20,000 nucleotides of DNA from an uncultured virus (IMG/VR IMGVR_UViG_3300030673_000009) (lineage: Duplodnaviria > Heunggongvirae > Uroviricota > Caudoviricetes), in the IMG/VR virus record IMGVR_UViG_3300030673_000009, one strand, 5' to 3'. Below are positions 15,347-20,000 of the stretch, piece after piece. How positions within the stretch are numbered: the stretch's first letter is position 1; the number at the start of each line of letters is the position of its first letter. The notes under the pieces are model-generated. The model made no database searches. It was given only the letters and a program-made list of their open reading frames with translations, and was not told where the DNA came from. Position numbers and translations under genes: made by a program.

Positions 15347-18300
15347 CTATCGCAGCCTGAACCCCTGCCCGGTCAGGACCCGCCCCGTCCTGTGCGGGAC
15401 GAACGGCAGGCCTTGCGCCGCCCGCCGCGCCACTGCCTTGGACAGCGGGTGGGACTTGGACAGGACCTCGACTCGGACCGGATTCGCCGCCTTCACGATC
15501 CGGTCGTCCCCTTTTGGGACTGCCTCCCCAGCATCGAAGGCATTGACCAGCCTCGTGGTCATCGCCAGCGACCATGCACGCTGCAGTGCCGCTGCCTCCT
15601 CCTCAGCCGGGAAGTTGCGGATCAGGCCGGGGATGTCGGCATCCTTCGGCAGGTTCACCATGCCGTAGTCGTCCTGCGTCAACGACCCGTACTCGAAGGC
15701 CGTCATCATGGCCTTCTGGTTCACCACGTCGAAGACGTTGTCGTTCGTGGTGTCCGGGTCCATCGCCCTCTTGGCATCGGCCACCGCCTTGAGCGCCTTG
15801 ACACGCTCGACCACCTGGTTGTTCATCTCCACCAGCGAGCGGTACTGGGTGCCGTCATCGGAGGTCACCAGCTCGCGGGCCATGTCCGCGATCGGCTTCG
15901 GCTCCTGCTTGTAGGCGTCCAGCACCTGGGCGCCGGTCTGGATCCGGTCGATGCCCGGGTACGCCTGCGGCACCGGAAGGTCCGTGGCCTTCGCCCCGTG
16001 GAACGGGTCAGAGCCCGACACGAACGGGCCGCCCGCGAGGATCAGGCCATCAGCGACATCAGCCGCGGTATCCGACACCCACTGCATCGCTGCAGCGCCC
16101 TTATGGCCGGCGATCTCGTTCTCCGCCTCGATCCAGTCCTTCTCGTTGCCGTTCGTGGTATTGATCGCCTGCTTGAACGCGCCCTGCACCGCCTTCGGGT
16201 CACCCAGTGCTCGAGCGGCCAGCAGCGCCTTGCCGCGGTCGGAGAAGATCTCGTTCATCGTCTTAAGGTTCTGGCTCATCAGCCAGCCCGCGAAGTTCAC
16301 CGGGGACGCCTGGGCAGCCTCATCGAACGACAGGCCCTCCGTCGCCTCGTCATTGACGTTGATCGCCGCCAGCTCGTTCTTCAGCTGCGTCTGCTGGGCC
16401 ATCACCGTCTCATGCAGCTGCGCCCGCTTCTTCTCCATCCGGGAGTTCAGCGCCACCGGGGCGGCCGGAGGGACGTCCTTGGTATCGGTCGGGGCCGCAG
16501 CACCCTCAGCGGCCGGCTTCGGGGTCTCCGGAGCCTCCTCCTTCGGAGCCGAGGCCTGACCCGTACGCGGCTTGTTCTGCAGCTGCGGGGTGCCACGGTC
16601 GTAGAACCCGGCCTTGATCCCCTGAGCCCGCAGCGCACCGGGCTTGGTGTAGCCGCGATCCTCGGTAAACGTGCGCCCCTTGGGCATCTCCCCGCGCAGC
16701 GACGGGCCGCCCTCGTTCACGAACGTGTTCAGGTCACGCACGCCCACCCGGCGGATGAAGTACGGGAACTGCTGCTGCAGCGTCTGCAGCGCCACCGCGT
16801 ACCCCTCGCCGTTCAGGCGCAGCTTGTTCGCCTTCGTCGAGGCCACCCGCTGGATCTCATCCTCGAGGTTCTCCTCGTAGGCCCGGGCCGCCACGCCACG
16901 CGGAGGCTTCTCCGCGGTGTAGCCCATCTCCGCGAGGACCTTCGCCGACGCGGCTGCCTCATCCTCGTTCGTGATGCGCGAGGCGTCCTGGCGGGCACGG
17001 TCCACCCGCTCGCTGTACGCCGCGAGCGCATCATCGCCCTTCAGGCCGGCGTCCCTGATCCCCGCCCGAATCCTCGACTTCTCCTGCGGGGAGACGTCCA
17101 CCAGGTACTCCCCGGAGTTCGCCACCGCATCCAGGATCTTCAGGTACCGGTCGTCCATGTCGCGGGCCTTGTCGGAGTTCCCGCGGGCACCGCGGAAGTC
17201 CGGGGCCATCTCCAGGGTGAACACCCCACTCGGGCTGATGACCTGCACGTTGCGGGCACCCATCGTCACCGCCGCGTAGATGTCCTCGCCCGTCAGGCCA
17301 CCGGACATGCGGGTGCGGGCGTACTGGCCACCCCGCAGCGATCCGAGGTTCTTCAGGTCGAACGGCAGGTAGTGGTCGTCGGTGAAGCCCACCGACTGGC
17401 TGACGATCTTGCCCTGGGCGTTGATGAGCACGCCCTGGCTGGGAAGGATCTGGCCGGACAGCTCGCTCAGCCGCGCCACCATCGGGTCCCGGGGCAGGGT
17501 CCGCGCCAGCTCGGCGCTGGCCACGTCACCACGCACCTGCATCGCCAGGGCGTCACCGGACAGGCCCTTCTTGCGGGCAGCGATGTCGAAGCCCTCCACC
17601 GGGGTGTCCGCCTGCGTGGGAGTGATCCCCGCACGCTCCATCTGGTCGATCTGCTTGAACTGGCCCACCAGCTGCTCGTCAGGAGTCGTCTCCGTGCCCC
17701 GGTAGCGGTAGGCGGCACGCTGGGCGTACGGGCCGAGCACCTGCTCCGCCTGCGGGCCCACCGAGCCGATGAACGCCGCCGTCTGCCCCAGCTTGTCCTG
17801 CCCGGTCACCTGCGACAGGACGTTGCCGCCGGACTGCAGCTGGCCGAAGAAGCGGGTCAGCTTCGACTGGTCGGGGTTCGAGCCCATCTGCAGGTTCGAC
17901 TGCAGCTCCTTCAGCCGCGCCGGGTCCACCGTCGACATCGACGCCAGGGCCGCACCGCCGCGAGCACCCAGCAGGTTGTACGTGCCGACCTTGTTGCGCA
18001 CGTCCTCGCCGGCACCGGCCGCCGGAGCCACGCTCATGGCGAAGACGGTCTCGTTCGCCGCCACCTTGACCGGAACCGTCTCGTTGCCGAAGTCGGACAG
18101 CCTGGCCGTGCGGGACACGATGTCGCCATTGTCCGTGGCGATCATCATCGTCACGTCGACCTTGTTCGGATCCACCCCGCGCAGGGCGTCCTTGAACTCC
18201 CCAGCCACGCGGATGGTCTGCTCGTGCTGGCTCTGCACTCGCTCGAGCCTCTCCCGCTCCGACGACTTCTTGTCATCGGTGAGGATGCTCGCATCGGTCT

Positions 18301-18769
18301 TCAGGGAGTTGCGCACCGACGGAGCCACCTGCTTGCTGTCAGCAGGCTTGTCGATGCCCTTGAGGTCCGTGCGGGAGGTGCTGGAGATCTTCCGGGCGAA
18401 CTGGCCCTTCGCATCGCGCTCCACGTCCACCTGGCGCTGCGTGCCGTTCATGTTGAACCACTCGAAGTCCTTGGACACCGTCTGGGCGCTGACCACGTAC
18501 TGCTCCAGCCCCGCCAGATACTCCGCGGCCTTCTGGATCTCGTCGCTGGGGTACTGGCCGCCGACGATCATCTCCACGTACGAGCGCCCCAGCTGCCGCT
18601 TGGCGACCTGGATGCGGTCGAGGTTCACCAGCGAGTACAGGCCGGTGATGTCCTTCTCGACGATCTTGGCGTAGTCCGTCAGGTAGTCGTAGACCACCGC
18701 ATCGATGAAGGCGCAGCCAGCAGCCTCGTCTGCCTTCATGACATCGACGAAGACATCCATGACGCTCAT
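15347..18769 (-). CDS. Large head-region protein, ~1140 aa, with RDxxGQF motif and a degenerate JAB/MPN-like segment
   Basis: Long high-GC3 ORF; ATG 18769 with AGGGAG RBS 5 nt upstream. Function inferred (putative internal or ejected protein). Confidence 0.8.
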   Translation of the reverse strand: MSVMDVFVDVMKADEAAGCAFIDAVVYDYLTDYAKIVEKDITGLYSLVNLDRIQVAKRQLGRSYVEMIVGGQYPSDEIQKAAEYLAGLEQYVVSAQTVSKDFEWFNMNGTQRQVDVERDAKGQFARKISSTSRTDLKGIDKPADSKQVAPSVRNSLKTDASILTDDKKSSERERLERVQSQHEQTIRVAGEFKDALRGVDPNKVDVTMMIATDNGDIVSRTARLSDFGNETVPVKVAANETVFAMSVAPAAGAGEDVRNKVGTYNLLGARGGAALASMSTVDPARLKELQSNLQMGSNPDQSKLTRFFGQLQSGGNVLSQVTGQDKLGQTAAFIGSVGPQAEQVLGPYAQRAAYRYRGTETTPDEQLVGQFKQIDQMERAGITPTQADTPVEGFDIAARKKGLSGDALAMQVRGDVASAELARTLPRDPMVARLSELSGQILPSQGVLINAQGKIVSQSVGFTDDHYLPFDLKNLGSLRGGQYARTRMSGGLTGEDIYAAVTMGARNVQVISPSGVFTLEMAPDFRGARGNSDKARDMDDRYLKILDAVANSGEYLVDVSPQEKSRIRAGIRDAGLKGDDALAAYSERVDRARQDASRITNEDEAAASAKVLAEMGYTAEKPPRGVAARAYEENLEDEIQRVASTKANKLRLNGEGYAVALQTLQQQFPYFIRRVGVRDLNTFVNEGGPSLRGEMPKGRTFTEDRGYTKPGALRAQGIKAGFYDRGTPQLQNKPRTGQASAPKEEAPETPKPAAEGAAAPTDTKDVPPAAPVALNSRMEKKRAQLHETVMAQQTQLKNELAAINVNDEATEGLSFDEAAQASPVNFAGWLMSQNLKTMNEIFSDRGKALLAARALGDPKAVQGAFKQAINTTNGNEKDWIEAENEIAGHKGAAAMQWVSDTAADVADGLILAGGPFVSGSDPFHGAKATDLPVPQAYPGIDRIQTGAQVLDAYKQEPKPIADMARELVTSDDGTQYRSLVEMNNQVVERVKALKAVADAKRAMDPDTTNDNVFDVVNQKAMMTAFEYGSLTQDDYGMVNLPKDADIPGLIRNFPAEEEAAALQRAWSLAMTTRLVNAFDAGEAVPKGDDRIVKAANPVRVEVLSKSHPLSKAVARRAAQGLPFVPHRTGRVLTGQGFRLR
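15476..15518 (-). other. Candidate -1 frameshift cassette: C CCA AAA + 6-nt spacer + 8-bp stem-loop
   Basis: Heptamer at 15518-15512 is in the correct phase of the upstream ORF. Stem arms GACCGGAT (15505-15498) and ATCCGGTC (15483-15476). The -1 frame is open through to the AAA domain. Confidence 0.7.
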
Positions 18770-18778
18770 GAGCACTCC

Positions 18779-20000
18779 CTAGCTGCGTGTGCCCGGCATG
18801 GAGCCGTGGCGTGTGCTGATCTTCCCACTCGGCGAGCGGGTCAGGCCTCCAACACGAGGCCTCGGTGTGGTCAGTCCCGCGCCGATCCTGCGGGTGTAGT
18901 TGATCTTCGGGATGCGCAGCAGAGCCTTGCCCACGCCCTTGCGGTCCAGTTCGGCCCTGACCTCCCGGTACCGCCGCACGGAGTTGTCGTCTAGCCCGCG
19001 ATAGGCCTCCGACAGGCCTGACGCCCGCAGATCCGCACGCAACCGGGTCGCGCCGTAACGGGTGTTCGACGCGGTTCCCGCCCGCTCGTAGGCGGAGTAC
19101 CTGCGGTTCTTCGGTCGCATCGCCTGATTCGCCCGGGCCTCGTCCGCCAGCCCCTTCGTCGGATTCGAGATGGTCCGCACCACCGCCGACAGCGGCTTGC
19201 GGCGCCTCACATGCGCCAGCTCGTGGTTCTTCATGTCATCGGCCAGACCGCGGACCCCCATCGGACTGCGCTTGGGGTGGAAGACGATCGCATCCGCATG
19301 CCGCTGCGACTGGCCCGGCTTCAACCCCGCCGGGAAGTACCCGCCGACCAGGCTGCCGGGATCCTTGTCGATGAACCGCGACACCTCGTGGCCGCCGACC
19401 ATGTGCTTGACCGGCTTGCGCTGGAACGTCGTACCGGCCGTCAACTCGCTCGGACTGTCCACCATCGCCCTCACGGCACGCAGTCCCTCGCTCACCTTGC
19501 GGGAGATCCGCTTGTTCTTCGCGCTCACCCCACCCAGCGACGCATGCGACGGAGCATTGCGCAGCAGCCTCTTCGGCACGCTCGACGCCGACCGGAAGAC
19601 AGCACCCTCACCGGGGATGTTCACCAACGACTTGGCGACCCGGTCCCGGCCCAGCTCGCCGACAGCGGCCCGCTGGTAGGCCTTCGCCTTGATCTTGTTC
19701 ATCCGGCGCTGCATGCCACGAGCGCTGCGGACGTTGTTGGACGCCTCGATGCCGGCCATCAGGCCACCGGCCATGTACGCCGTCGTCGCCAGCCGGTTGC
19801 CGGGCTTCACGCCGGACTTCGCGCCCATGATCCCGGCAAGGCCAGCCACCGTGCCGTTGCCGGTGCCCATGCCTACGTCGACGTTGCGACGGTGCTTGAG
19901 GTCCCGGTAGCCGCGCTCGGCATCCGTGGAGATGTTCTGGGAGTGCGTGCGCAGGAAGCGGTCCTTCTTGACCACCTCGGGGTTCTTCAGCCTCTGCTGC
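18779..20000 (-). CDS. Basic modular protein containing a HExxH zincin-like motif (5' end outside window)
   Basis: The frame stays open to the window edge (QQRLKNPEVVKKDRF...), so 19975 is probably not the true start. Contains KNHELAHV...DEARAN. Confidence 0.75.
   Translation of the reverse strand, partial: QQRLKNPEVVKKDRFLRTHSQNISTDAERGYRDLKHRRNVDVGMGTGNGTVAGLAGIMGAKSGVKPGNRLATTAYMAGGLMAGIEASNNVRSARGMQRRMNKIKAKAYQRAAVGELGRDRVAKSLVNIPGEGAVFRSASSVPKRLLRNAPSHASLGGVSAKNKRISRKVSEGLRAVRAMVDSPSELTAGTTFQRKPVKHMVGGHEVSRFIDKDPGSLVGGYFPAGLKPGQSQRHADAIVFHPKRSPMGVRGLADDMKNHELAHVRRRKPLSAVVRTISNPTKGLADEARANQAMRPKNRRYSAYERAGTASNTRYGATRLRADLRASGLSEAYRGLDDNSVRRYREVRAELDRKGVGKALLRIPKINYTRRIGAGLTTPRPRVGGLTRSPSGKISTRHGSMPGTRS

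Noticed and set aside
15333..15575. ATG 15575 as start of a 384-aa AAA protein
   Set aside because: It lies deep inside the upstream gene with no evident RBS. The overlap is better explained by the -1 frameshift or a start at 15332.
15392..18994. 1200-aa plus-strand ORF and other long plus-strand ORFs (548..1429, 5301..6548, 7547..9013, 12226..13539, 13653..15668)
   Set aside because: Antisense shadows of high-GC3 minus-strand genes; no recognisable motifs, and they overlap a tightly coupled minus-strand operon.
1..20000. CRISPR arrays, tRNA/rRNA genes, integrase, transposase, terminase or portal
   Set aside because: None recognised. Terminase and portal are presumably upstream of position 20000, and prophage versus free phage cannot be decided from this window.

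Overview
High-GC tailed-phage (siphovirus-like, probably actinobacterial host) virion morphogenesis operon, entirely on the minus strand with tight ATGA/GTGA coupling. In transcription order: a 5'-truncated basic protein with a HExxH motif; a ~1140-aa protein; a CbbX/SpoVK/EccA-type AAA+ ATPase; an 834-aa internally duplicated protein; an XkdF-like prohead protease; two small basic proteins; a scaffold-like protein; a DUF2190-like cement protein; the major capsid protein; an FN3 decoration protein; a small protein; two very basic proteins; head-tail adaptor, stopper, neck and terminator proteins; major tail protein with FN3; tail assembly chaperone with -1 frameshift; and a 3'-truncated tape measure protein. 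Two things stand out. (1) An apparent capsid-cargo polyprotein system: a recurrent hydrophobic-x-K-[A/S/other] motif delimits modules across about nine head-region genes, including modules inserted into the protease and scaffold. The modules include cationic Gly/Ala-zipper peptides, RDxxGxF-headed domains, a zincin and a degenerate JAB-like domain. (2) A second -1 frameshift signal (C CCA AAA, 6-nt spacer, 8-bp stem) that would fuse the ~1140-aa protein to the AAA+ ATPase. Family assignments come from motif recognition by eye; no searches were run.
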